A stretch of DNA of 63,158 bases from an uncultured Ruminococcus sp. Lineage in GTDB: Bacteria > Bacillota > Clostridia > Oscillospirales > CAG-272. Shown one piece after another: positions 52,901-62,179 of the stretch. The stretch covers positions 1 through 63,158 of the forward strand of contig CAZUQN010000004.1 in NCBI GenBank assembly GCA_964622425.1, given 5' to 3'. The position numbers were made by a program, and so were the translations under genes. Within the stretch, counting starts at the first letter, position 1. Every line of letters begins with the position of its first letter. A model generated the notes under the pieces. It was not told the DNA's origin. It saw only the letters and a program-made list of their open reading frames with translations, and searched no databases.

Positions 52901-55900
52901 ATCGAGATCGAGTTCGATACGGCGGATTATAACCTCAAAAACAACGCGACCTATACCGTCAAGCTTCAGGGCTATCTTGACTATGACGACGGCTCGGGCG
53001 AAAACAAAACTCCGGAGCAAAATCTCAACAGTACATTTGAGTTTCCTCTCACAATTGACTTTGAGGCGCCTTCTCTTACCGACTGCGAATTCTACACAGA
53101 GTACGATAAGGACGCCAAGAAGACTCGCCTCTATGCTAAGATGGCGATTTACGACAACCACTACGCGATGGGCATGCAGATCGGCTATGTCGGCATTGGC
53201 AACTACGTTGACGAGAGCACGGGCGAAACTGTAACCGGTAATATGCTATACCCGTTTGAGACCTACATGACGCCCATATACTCCGAGCGCAACGGCACGA
53301 CCTACGTGACCTACGAGCTCACCGATTACATATACGACATCAAACAAAACTCCTACAACAAGAATACCTTCGCGATATCTGTTTACGATTACGCGATCAA
53401 CGAAGCTACCTACGAGATCGAGCTCCCCGACGACTTCACAGAGCTCTACCTTGAGGAAAGCGAGATAACCCTCAATCCCAACGAGGTATACACTATCACC
53501 GCAAACGTATATCCCGAGAGTGAGTGGGATGAACTGCTCGAGTTCTCCGCATCCGGCAACGCTGTACGTATCGTAAACAACAAGATCGTAGCGGTCAAGC
53601 CCGGCAAGAGCTCGGTATTCATCTACGATCCCAAGACCAACAAGGAAGTGACGATGACGGTCACCGTCAGAGCTCCCGGAGACGAGGGCTATAAGGAGGT
53701 CACAAAGCCGGTTGCGGACGTATTCAAGCTCACGGGCTACGATACCCTCAACGCGTTCTACTTCCTCTCCAACGATGACAGAGATATAGGTGAGACGGGC
53801 GACGTAGTGCTCTTTAATGGCGAGAACTATTCCCTCTCCTTCTATCCGTCCGAATCCGTGAAGATCAACTACAAGCTCGATGCTTACTTCCCCGATGCTA
53901 CAACCGTTGAGTTCATCTCGAGCAACGAGAGCATCGTAACCGTTGATCAAAGCGGAACTATCGTTGCTCTTGACGAGGGATATACCTCCATTACGGTAAG
54001 AGTACTCCTGGACGGCAAGGCCACCTATACCACCAAGACCATCTCGATAGAGGTCAAGGATCCCTACGTGAGAACGGGTCCCACGCTTAACAATTACTTC
54101 GGCGCAGGTCATATGAACTCGGGTAACGTTGAGATACCCGCGGATATGCTCTTCACCCAGATCGGTCAGTACGCATTCTCCAACTCTACTTATATCGATA
54201 AGACGGAGGAGCAGATCCTCGAGGATCCCGAATCCAAGGATGCGACAATAATTACCTATATCGGTAACGACGACATCAAGAGAGTCGTTATTCCCGAGGG
54301 TGTCGAGACCATCGGCGCCTACGCCTTCGCGAACCTCACAGCGCTTGAGGAGGTTGTCCTCCCCTCGACTCTCGAGGCCATCGAGTACGGCGCGTTCTTC
54401 AACTGCATCAGCCTCAAGACCGTCAAGGGCCTTGAGCACGTAAAGCTTATTAACCAGAACGCTTTCGCTAACTGTAACATCTCGAACGATCTCTCACTCG
54501 ACAGCATCCACGCTATCGGTGACTACGCGTTCGCAAACAACAGAAGCCTTAAGTCCGTAACCTTCCCCTCAACACTTTCCTCCATAGGCGCGTACGCGTT
54601 TATGAGCAATACCTCTCTTGAGAACTTTGACGTTTCGGAGTGCGGCACCGTCAAGTACGGTCCTTACGTATTTATGAACTGCCGCTCGCTTGAAACGATC
54701 ACAATGAACACGAGCGTTATTCCCTCCGGAGCGTTCTACAACTGTGAGGACCTTACCACCGTGAATATCGGCTCGACCGTATCCTACATAGGCGAATACG
54801 CCTTCACCGGCACTGCGATCACGGAATTCACCGTAGCAGACGGAAATACCGCTTATAAGCCCTCGTCCAACAAGAATTACCTTCTCTCCCCCGACGGCAC
54901 GACCCTGCTGCTCGTTGCTCCGGGTGTCAAGGGAGAGTTCAGCCTCGAGGGTGTCAGCGAGATCGGCATCGGCGCCTTCGCAGGTAACAACGATATTACC
55001 TCGGTAAATATGCCCGACGTAACCGTTGTTAACGATTACGCGTTTGCTGAGTGCAAGAGCCTCACAGACATTACTCTCGGCAGCCTTGCGGCAGTCGGAA
55101 AGTATTCCTTCTTCCTCACCTCCATAACAGAGCTTCCCTCTCTTGACGGCGTAGACGTTATCGGAGATTACGCCTTCAGCTTCACCCTCATCACCGAGGT
55201 CACAATCGGTGACGGTAAGGTTATCGGCGAGGGCGCATTCTGTGAATGTACAGAGCTTAAGAAGGTCACTATCGGCAACGACGTACTTATCGGAAAGAGC
55301 GCATTCTTAAGAGGCACTACCACCGATGACCCGAGAAATCCCGGCAGCTATCTCAACCTCGGCCAGAAGGCGGTTGAGGATATCGAGAGCGGATTCTACC
55401 GTTACGATTATCTCTCCAAGCTCACAAGCCTTACCATCGGTAAGAACGCAGATATCGGCGAGGCAGCCTTTATGGGTGCTTCCTACCTCACCAAGGTTAA
55501 TCTCGGCGAGGGCGCGCTTATCGGCAAGATGGCATTCTACAACTGCCGCGCGCTCTATGAGATCGATCTCTCCGGCGCTAAGAGAATCGGCAATATGGCG
55601 TTCTCGGGTGACAACACCTACGCCTTCATTGACGCTCTCGGCTCCGACTATGCTGTACGCGACAACGCATACGTGCTCGTGTACTTCAACCCCATCATCA
55701 CGAGCGTTGACCTCTCCTCCTGCGAGGTGATCGAGGATCAGGCGTTCATTTACTGCAAAAAGCTCACAACAGTCAAGCTCGGTGAAAAGCTCACCGATAT
55801 TCCCTACATGGCGTTCGCAAACTGCGATTCTCTCACCACGGTAAACCTTGAAAACGTTGTTACCCTCGGCTACGCTGCATTCGGCGAGACCAATCTTGTA

Positions 55901-58234
55901 ACTGCAAATCTTTACAAGGCTGAGAAGATCGGCGACTACGCCTTCACCTATTGCGAAAACCTTGACAACGTAATCTTCAACCCCATCGGTACAGAGATCG
56001 GCGAGGGAGCATTCTCCTACTGCTCGGCTCTTAACGCTACCGAACACTTTAACAAGATTTACAGCATCGGCGATTACGCCTTTGCATACACCGACGTAAG
56101 AGCGGCCGACCTTGAATGCGCGACTCTCGTAGGCGACTTCGCCTTCATCAAGGAGGAGATGACTCCCTTCGAGGTAACGCTCGGCAAGAATCTTGTGACT
56201 CTCGGTGACAACCCCTTCGCAAACTGTCAGATAGGTCCGTTCTACTCCATCGTAGAGGAGACCTGGAACGGCGCGGTTGTTAAGACCGAATACGTTTACA
56301 CCTACGATATTAACGATTATATCAAAATAATCAACGGCTCTATCTACTGCGTAGTGCCCGACGGACTTGAGCTCACCACCTACGTGGGACTCGACAAGAA
56401 CGGCAAGAGCCTTGATAAGGATAATGTCAAGCTCGACGAGAGCACCGTGAGAATCACCGCTATGGCGTTTATGGGCGCGGATATAACGAGAGTTACCCTT
56501 CCTCACTCGCTCCGTTCTATCGGTCACAAGGCCTTCTATCAGTGCGGAAATCTCGCACTCGTTGTATTCGAGAGCTATGAGGCTCCCGTGCTCGAGGAGG
56601 AGTTTGACCAGGCGCTTTACGACGCATTCCTCAACATCCCCTGCAAGGGTGAATACGACTTCACCTATTGGGAGGATCAGGACGGCGACGGCAAGCTCGA
56701 CTCTCAGACCCCCGTTACCTATAAGGGTCTTGAGATAATTCCCTACTATATGTGGAATATTTCCTCCACTAAGTACAACAACATCTTCTACGGCGCAAGC
56801 TTCGTTGACCATATCGGTTACGTAAACGATGCAAACCGTAACTACGCCAATATGGGTAACCTTATCATGGTAGCTCCCTCCAACGGCGTATACTACGATA
56901 CCTTCATTCTTGATCAGTACTTCAGCTCCATTATCTCGGGCGCGGTTGCGGCAGACGACGTAACTCTCGCGGCTATCGCGGCTATTAACGCCCTGCCCGA
57001 CAGAGTAACTCTTGATGACGAGCCTCTCGTTATTGCGGCAAGAGCGGCGTACAACAAGATCAGCAGCGTCGAGCAGCAGGCACTCGTAACCGAGCAGCTT
57101 CAGAAGCTCGTTACCGCAGAGAACCTTATCAAGGCGTACAAGAACTCCGGCACGACAGACGAGCCTAACGTTGAAGAGCCTATCGTAGATAAGAAGGATC
57201 CCACCAAGACCGCGCTTATCGTTCTTTCCGTAATCGAGGCGGTTGAAATCATAGGCATCGCGGCTGCTGTGGCAGTATGGTTCTACATCAAGCGCAGAAG
57301 AAAGATGCGCGAAAATCTCGCGCTCCGCGGCGGACTCACCACGGTGACTGTAAAGAAGCCCGTGGCTGAAGAGACCGTAAAGGAAGAAACCGCCGAGGAA
57401 ATGGCAGAAAGACTCAAGGAGCACGAAAGACGCGCTGAGGAGGCTAACGCCAAGCACGAGAGAAACAGAAAGATAAAGAATATCGTTATCTACGTTCTTC
57501 TCTTTGCTATCTGCATCGCTGGTGTTGCGTTTGTAATGACGAAGTGCAGTAAGGATACCTCTCCTTACGCCGGCTACGGCGACGAGGGATACAGCGTCAG
57601 CATCAAGTATGACGCAAACGGCGGTATCTTCACCACCAACACCTCCGTGCTCGTGGACACTTACAGCTTAAGCGATCTTCCCTCCTCCGAGGACGGAAAG
57701 AGACTCATTACTCTCCTCGACCCCAACAGCTCCGCAAGAGGCAATCAGGCATATCTGGCGGCTAAGGTCGGCTACCACCTCGCAGGCTGGTACACCGAAA
57801 GAACTGAGGTTACCGACGAGTCGGGAGAGGTGATCGGCTACACTTATTCGGGCAAATGGGACTTTGATTATTCGAAGTACGCTATCAGTCCCGACGCAAA
57901 TTATAACCCCGCAAGACCCATACTCACCCTTTATGCGGCGTGGGTGCCCTCATTCAGCTGTGAGTTCTACTCGGTTGATGAAAGCGGCGCGCTCACTCTG
58001 ATCGACACTACGGAAATAAATCCCGTGGAGGGCGCAAAGATCACCCTTCCTACGTACGACGGGGAGGCAGGAGCCTTTGAGATCGACGGAATACTCTACG
58101 ATCTCTACTACACCGAATCCTGCACCGGCGAAAAAATCAGCGGCGAATCTGTATCTCATAACGGCTTCTTCAATTCGGCAAACGCGACGGTTGAAAACCC
58201 CGTTATGAAGATATACTGCAAGCCCATAGGCTAA
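49955..58234 (+). CDS. Giant surface protein (2759 aa): S8 subtilisin-like protease with PA insert, Ig-like domains, long BspA-type LRR region, two TM helices and a C-terminal Listeria-Bacteroides repeat domain
   Basis: Signal peptide. Catalytic Asp VAVLDTGLD (codon 50603), His HGTHVSG (50825), Ser SGTSMACP (51791). LRR_5-like repeats at about 54150-56580 (IGAYAFANLTALEEVVLPSTLEAIEYGAFFNC...). TM helices at about 57195-57290 and 57475-57545. GYHLAGWYTE...LYAAW near the C-terminus. Confidence 0.9.
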   Translation: MKKKTLTRVSSRILMALLAVAMVFTFAASTLGTTVAADSSVFKKNDSIYTDYKSYLDGSVVQALPATVDKNETISVIVKLDTPTLMDAYNKTDKAMSFGEYVMTEEAQKIKADIQAEKEEYLIALTRSGIPYEVGCDYANILAGFEVLYTAKNFENACKYLPTDATAIVGEVYNVAETQLVENKIDVYEETGIFDSSDFTINGEKYSGSGMVVAVLDTGLDYTHPAFDPARLNSNRLGLTKSEVESHVANTVAASRVPGLTADDVYINEKVPFAFDYADNDSDVYSLHNNHGTHVSGVIVGHDDTIIGVAPDAQLVSMKIFSDVQDSARASWILAALEDCVELGVDVINMSLGTACGFSRETDEEQMSGVYDDIRALGISLVVAASNSFNSAYGSEKNGNLGLTSNPDTSTVGSPSTYDGALSVASINGVKTPYILDSKGTIIYFVESSDSAGEEKHFFDELLGTELSETELEYVLIPGVGNPSDYDGIDVNGKIALVRRGSNTFEEKAKAAEAAGAKALIVYNNTSGDIRMNVGIVSIPVCSVSQDDGEMLAAAKNGTLKISKSQTSGPFMSDFSSWGPSPSLQIKPEITAHGGNILSAVTGHGYDRLSGTSMACPNMAGAIALMRQYVITNFESKIKNESGVIDYVEVNSIVNRLLMSTADIVNNKNGLPYAVRKQGAGLANLGDAITTGAYVLTYDRLDGSVMDKSKIELGDDPNKTGVYTLKFTIDNFGKSALSYDISANVMTEGVSETPTYQGETVVSEEGYLLSGARVEITSTKGGAISGNTVTVEAGAKCDVVITITLGEDDKAYLDSSFENGMYIEGFVTLTAKDEGSTDLNVPYLAFYGNWYQAPLFDLDYFETNADELDDSLATLDKTLPDAYATRPIGGISGDYVSYLGSYYFLQNPKNKIISASRDYIALSNNDGTIRSLRFVWGGMLRNSERIVITITDDATGEVIFEKVETSIRKSYGDGGSYIYPANIEIEFDTADYNLKNNATYTVKLQGYLDYDDGSGENKTPEQNLNSTFEFPLTIDFEAPSLTDCEFYTEYDKDAKKTRLYAKMAIYDNHYAMGMQIGYVGIGNYVDESTGETVTGNMLYPFETYMTPIYSERNGTTYVTYELTDYIYDIKQNSYNKNTFAISVYDYAINEATYEIELPDDFTELYLEESEITLNPNEVYTITANVYPESEWDELLEFSASGNAVRIVNNKIVAVKPGKSSVFIYDPKTNKEVTMTVTVRAPGDEGYKEVTKPVADVFKLTGYDTLNAFYFLSNDDRDIGETGDVVLFNGENYSLSFYPSESVKINYKLDAYFPDATTVEFISSNESIVTVDQSGTIVALDEGYTSITVRVLLDGKATYTTKTISIEVKDPYVRTGPTLNNYFGAGHMNSGNVEIPADMLFTQIGQYAFSNSTYIDKTEEQILEDPESKDATIITYIGNDDIKRVVIPEGVETIGAYAFANLTALEEVVLPSTLEAIEYGAFFNCISLKTVKGLEHVKLINQNAFANCNISNDLSLDSIHAIGDYAFANNRSLKSVTFPSTLSSIGAYAFMSNTSLENFDVSECGTVKYGPYVFMNCRSLETITMNTSVIPSGAFYNCEDLTTVNIGSTVSYIGEYAFTGTAITEFTVADGNTAYKPSSNKNYLLSPDGTTLLLVAPGVKGEFSLEGVSEIGIGAFAGNNDITSVNMPDVTVVNDYAFAECKSLTDITLGSLAAVGKYSFFLTSITELPSLDGVDVIGDYAFSFTLITEVTIGDGKVIGEGAFCECTELKKVTIGNDVLIGKSAFLRGTTTDDPRNPGSYLNLGQKAVEDIESGFYRYDYLSKLTSLTIGKNADIGEAAFMGASYLTKVNLGEGALIGKMAFYNCRALYEIDLSGAKRIGNMAFSGDNTYAFIDALGSDYAVRDNAYVLVYFNPIITSVDLSSCEVIEDQAFIYCKKLTTVKLGEKLTDIPYMAFANCDSLTTVNLENVVTLGYAAFGETNLVTANLYKAEKIGDYAFTYCENLDNVIFNPIGTEIGEGAFSYCSALNATEHFNKIYSIGDYAFAYTDVRAADLECATLVGDFAFIKEEMTPFEVTLGKNLVTLGDNPFANCQIGPFYSIVEETWNGAVVKTEYVYTYDINDYIKIINGSIYCVVPDGLELTTYVGLDKNGKSLDKDNVKLDESTVRITAMAFMGADITRVTLPHSLRSIGHKAFYQCGNLALVVFESYEAPVLEEEFDQALYDAFLNIPCKGEYDFTYWEDQDGDGKLDSQTPVTYKGLEIIPYYMWNISSTKYNNIFYGASFVDHIGYVNDANRNYANMGNLIMVAPSNGVYYDTFILDQYFSSIISGAVAADDVTLAAIAAINALPDRVTLDDEPLVIAARAAYNKISSVEQQALVTEQLQKLVTAENLIKAYKNSGTTDEPNVEEPIVDKKDPTKTALIVLSVIEAVEIIGIAAAVAVWFYIKRRRKMRENLALRGGLTTVTVKKPVAEETVKEETAEEMAERLKEHERRAEEANAKHERNRKIKNIVIYVLLFAICIAGVAFVMTKCSKDTSPYAGYGDEGYSVSIKYDANGGIFTTNTSVLVDTYSLSDLPSSEDGKRLITLLDPNSSARGNQAYLAAKVGYHLAGWYTERTEVTDESGEVIGYTYSGKWDFDYSKYAISPDANYNPARPILTLYAAWVPSFSCEFYSVDESGALTLIDTTEINPVEGAKITLPTYDGEAGAFEIDGILYDLYYTESCTGEKISGESVSHNGFFNSANATVENPVMKIYCKPIG

Positions 58235-58247
58235 GAAAGGAGAAAGC

Positions 58248-61187
58248 ATGAAAAAAAGAATAATCTCTATGCTCTTGTGCGTAGTTATGTGCTTCTCCGC
58301 ATCGGTAACGCTCACGGGCTGCGCGGCAGGTAACTCCGGCACAGACGCTTTCGTTATAATGACGGAAAGCCTTGAAGGACTCTTCAATCCGTTCTTCTCC
58401 ACGTCGGCAAACGACGGTACTATCGTATCAATGACTCAGATCGGTATGCTCTCCTCTAAGCTTAACGAGGCGGGAGAGGTTGACGTGGCCTTCGGCGAAA
58501 ACGAGGCCACGGTAACCCTCGACTTCGAGCAGAGCGAGCTTAACGAGGCGGGCGAAACCGTCTACACCTTCGTTCTTAAGAACGGCATCAAGTATTCGGA
58601 CGGACATCCTCTGACTATGGAGGACGTACTCTTCAACCTCTACGTTTACCTCGACCCCGTATATACCGGCTCGGCTACCATCTATTCGACCGATATCAAG
58701 GGTCTGGCGGCGTACAGAAACCAGTCTCTCGGAGCTGACAGCGACAACAATAGCGAGGACACCATCAACCAGACTGCGGCGAGCAGAGCCTCGCAGAGAG
58801 TGATGACACTCGTACAGCTCTATTGGGACACCAACAAGAAGATCAACGGCTCGAGCGCGTCGACCAACAACGTAACCTACGCACAGATGGTCGAGGCTAT
58901 CAAGGCCTACAACATCCAGGCAGACCTCGGTTATCTCTCGGCTGTGGCAACCTCCGACAAGCACTCTGAGGTAACCTACCAGAATATCCTTAACGACTAT
59001 GAACTCGCTCTTACGTACTTCCGCGAGGAGCTCGAGAGCGACTACAAGAACGCTAAGGACGCCTACACCGAGTCTCCCTACAAGGAGCACGAGGAGTTCA
59101 AGGATGAGGTCTTCTGCTTCATGTTCACCGAGGGCTTCATTACTCCCGAGTATGAGAAGATCCCCGGCACAAACAAGGACGATAAGTCCAAAATTAAAGG
59201 TTTTGTTTACAATTACAACAATGAAACGATAACAACGAAGGAAGCGGCTATCGAGAAGGTATACAACGATACCGTAACTCAGAGCCTCGACGCGATCCTC
59301 CTTTACTGGGCGACCGCATCCAAGCTCAACACCGAATTCACCGCTAAGGCGAAGGAGGTTATCCTCCGTGAGAGCGCGATCGGAGGTCTTATCGTTCCCA
59401 ACATTGAGGGCATCGTTTCCCTCGGTCACACCACCGGCATTGAGACCGTCACAGTCAACGGCACCGACTACAAGGTTGCTCACGACCACGACGAGAACGG
59501 CGCTCCTGTGAACGGGGATGAGTACGACGTGCTCAGAATCACCATCAACGGCGTCGACCCCAAGGCGATATGGAACTTCGCCTTCTCGGTTGCTCCCCAG
59601 CACTACTACGGCAAGGGCAGCTCGGTCGGCGTGGATATCGCAAACAACCAGTTCGGCGTGGAGTTCTCCTCCTTCGACTACATGAGAGACGTGCTCCAGA
59701 CTCCCGACAACAACAAGCTGCCTATGGGCGCGGGCGCGTACAAGGTTACCGACCGTTCCGGCAGTGATAACCCCGACAGAAACGATTTCTTCAGCAACAA
59801 CATCGTTTACTTCAAGGCGAACAACTACTTCGAGACCGTTGGCGAGGGCATCAGCAATCCCAAGATCGAGAAGGTACGTTATCAGGTAATCAGCGCATCC
59901 AACGCTCTCGCAGCGCTCGAGGAAGGAAGCGTACACTACATCACACCTCAGTATTCCAAGGATAATTACAGCAAGATCGCAGAGCTTGAGAAGAAGAACT
60001 TCGAGAGCCTCCTGACCGATCAGCTCGGTTACGGTTACATCGGTATCAACGCATCTAAGGTAACCGACATCAATATCCGTAAGGCAATTATGGCGGCGAT
60101 GAACACCACCCTCGCTCTTGACTACTACGCGAGCGGTACGGCATCGCAGATCTACTGGCCGATGTCCAAGGTCTCCTGGGCTTATCCTAAGGGATCGGGT
60201 GACAACATCACCAACGATAAGGGCTATCCTCAGCCCGGCGGAACCTTCAGCGAGGCTGATGCTGAGGCGGCAATACAGAGCTATATGCAGGCGGCGGGCG
60301 TGAGCGCGGGACATCCCAGTCTCTCGGTCACCTTCACCATTGCGGGCTCTAACCTCAACGATCACCCCACCTATAAGACCTTCAGAGACGCGGCAGACCT
60401 GCTCAACAGACTCGGCTGGGACGTAACCGTCGAGCCCGATACTCAGGCTCTCACCAAGCTCGCGACAGGCTCTCTTGAGGTATGGGCGGCGGCTTGGGGC
60501 TCAACCATCGACCCCGACCTTTATCAGGTATACCACAAGAACTCTACCGCGACCTCCACTCTCGCGTGGGGCTACCCCCACATAAAGGCGGCAGGCAGCG
60601 AGGAGGAGAAAAACATTCTCAACGACCTCTCCGATAAGATCGAGGCGGCACGTGAGACGACCGACAGGGGTACCCGTTCCGCTCTCTACAAGGAGGCTAT
60701 GGGTCTTATCCTCGACCTCGCGATCGAGCTCCCCGTATACCAGCGTTCAACCGTATACGTATACAACACAGACGTTATCAACCCCGACTCCGTACCTGAC
60801 GTTGTCAACCCCTACTCCTCTCCCCTTGACAGAATCTGGGAGCTCGAGTTCAACGAGGGTGCATTCGCAGGTAAGAGCACGGTAGACGTAGGCCTTATCT
60901 TCGCTATCGTGGCGTCCGTTATGGCGATTGCGGCTCTTGCGCTCACAATTGTTTACATAACAAAGAAGAAAAACGAAAAATCACCTATGCTTGCTTACGC
61001 TGTTACTCTCTCCGATATAGAGTCAGGCAACGTCAGACTCCCCGGTCAGCCTAAGCAAAAGAAGCACAAGGCGGCTACACCTACCATATGCGCACAGGAC
61101 GCGCAGGCACAGGAGACGTTAGCCGAGCAAACAGAACAAATCAATGAAAACGAAAGTGACACCGAGAAAGGAGAAGAAGAATGTTAA
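58248..61187 (+). CDS. Oversized family-5 (OppA/DppA-like) ABC substrate-binding lipoprotein with a C-terminal TM anchor (979 aa)
   Basis: Lipobox LTGC. SBP_bac_5-like segments (KYSDGHPLTMEDVLFN, GAGAYKV, LGYGYIGIN). C-terminal helix VGLIFAIVASVMAIAALALTIVYI followed by a charged tail. 13-nt gap after the protease gene with an AGGAGA RBS. Confidence 0.8.
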   Translation: MKKRIISMLLCVVMCFSASVTLTGCAAGNSGTDAFVIMTESLEGLFNPFFSTSANDGTIVSMTQIGMLSSKLNEAGEVDVAFGENEATVTLDFEQSELNEAGETVYTFVLKNGIKYSDGHPLTMEDVLFNLYVYLDPVYTGSATIYSTDIKGLAAYRNQSLGADSDNNSEDTINQTAASRASQRVMTLVQLYWDTNKKINGSSASTNNVTYAQMVEAIKAYNIQADLGYLSAVATSDKHSEVTYQNILNDYELALTYFREELESDYKNAKDAYTESPYKEHEEFKDEVFCFMFTEGFITPEYEKIPGTNKDDKSKIKGFVYNYNNETITTKEAAIEKVYNDTVTQSLDAILLYWATASKLNTEFTAKAKEVILRESAIGGLIVPNIEGIVSLGHTTGIETVTVNGTDYKVAHDHDENGAPVNGDEYDVLRITINGVDPKAIWNFAFSVAPQHYYGKGSSVGVDIANNQFGVEFSSFDYMRDVLQTPDNNKLPMGAGAYKVTDRSGSDNPDRNDFFSNNIVYFKANNYFETVGEGISNPKIEKVRYQVISASNALAALEEGSVHYITPQYSKDNYSKIAELEKKNFESLLTDQLGYGYIGINASKVTDINIRKAIMAAMNTTLALDYYASGTASQIYWPMSKVSWAYPKGSGDNITNDKGYPQPGGTFSEADAEAAIQSYMQAAGVSAGHPSLSVTFTIAGSNLNDHPTYKTFRDAADLLNRLGWDVTVEPDTQALTKLATGSLEVWAAAWGSTIDPDLYQVYHKNSTATSTLAWGYPHIKAAGSEEEKNILNDLSDKIEAARETTDRGTRSALYKEAMGLILDLAIELPVYQRSTVYVYNTDVINPDSVPDVVNPYSSPLDRIWELEFNEGAFAGKSTVDVGLIFAIVASVMAIAALALTIVYITKKKNEKSPMLAYAVTLSDIESGNVRLPGQPKQKKHKAATPTICAQDAQAQETLAEQTEQINENESDTEKGEEEC

Positions 61188-62170
61188 AGTACATACTTAA
61201 AAGAATCGGACTTGCCATACTTATTCTCATCGGCGTGTCCCTCATCATCTACTTCCTTATCAGACTTATGCCCGTTGACTTCATTCAGAATAAGGTCAAC
61301 GCGATGAACCAGTCCAACACAGTACCCGCCGACGCGGTTGAGAAGCTGTATGAAATGTACGGACTTGACAACAGCGGATTTAAGGGTATCGTAAAGGGCT
61401 ACTTCAACTGGCTGGGCGCACTCGCCAAGCTGGATCTCGGTAAGAGCTTTGTTGACTACGCTCCCGTAGCAGAGGTCATCGCAAAGAATATGGGTATATC
61501 CTTCGCGGTTGCTCTTATCGCTACCATCTTTGAGTTCATGATCGCGATCCCTCTCGGTATCACGGCGGCGACTCACCAGTATTCCTTCCGCGACTATCTG
61601 GTAACCGTACTTGCAATGATCGGTATTTCCCTGCCCTCATTCTTCTTCGGCCAGATGTTAAAGAACGTATTCGCCCTCCAGCTCGGATGGTTCCCGAGCC
61701 AGGGTACGCTTTCGGGTGCGGGCTCGGCAACGGGTCTTGCGCTCATTCCCGACTACTTGGCTCATATGTTCCTTCCCATTCTCACCGTCGTAATACTCAG
61801 TATCGGTCCGAGAATGAGAATGACGAGAACGAACATGCTCGAGGTTATGAACTCCGACTATATCCGTACCGCAAGAGCAAAGGGTCTTACCGAAACCAAG
61901 GTTATCTACAAGCACGCATTCCGTAACACGCTCATTCCTCTCGTTACTACCCTCGCAGGTCTTCTTCCCTCGCTCTTCTCGGGTGCTATCATCACAGAGC
62001 AGGTATTCGGCCTCGACGGTATCGGTAACATAGCGCTTAACAGAATGATGCAGGGTGATATCCCCTTCATCATGGGCTACAATATGTTCCTCGCTATGCT
62101 TTCCGTGCTCGGCGTGCTTCTCTCCGACCTTATGTACGTTATAGTTGACCCGAGAGTCAAGCTTGATTAA
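61181..62170 (+). CDS. ABC transporter permease, OppB/DppB-like
   Basis: MLKYILKRIGLAILILIGVSLIIYFLIRLMP and IRTARAKGL (EAA-like loop). 7-nt overlap with the substrate-binding-protein gene. Confidence 0.9.
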   Translation: MLKYILKRIGLAILILIGVSLIIYFLIRLMPVDFIQNKVNAMNQSNTVPADAVEKLYEMYGLDNSGFKGIVKGYFNWLGALAKLDLGKSFVDYAPVAEVIAKNMGISFAVALIATIFEFMIAIPLGITAATHQYSFRDYLVTVLAMIGISLPSFFFGQMLKNVFALQLGWFPSQGTLSGAGSATGLALIPDYLAHMFLPILTVVILSIGPRMRMTRTNMLEVMNSDYIRTARAKGLTETKVIYKHAFRNTLIPLVTTLAGLLPSLFSGAIITEQVFGLDGIGNIALNRMMQGDIPFIMGYNMFLAMLSVLGVLLSDLMYVIVDPRVKLD

Positions 62171-62179
62171 GGAGGACTT

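Noticed and set aside
55307-57457. 716-aa minus-strand ORF (plus 53246-54439 and 58428-60365) opposite the giant protease and the substrate-binding-protein genes.
   Set aside because: Shadow ORFs inside clearly coding + strand genes (catalytic triad, LRRs, SBP motifs).
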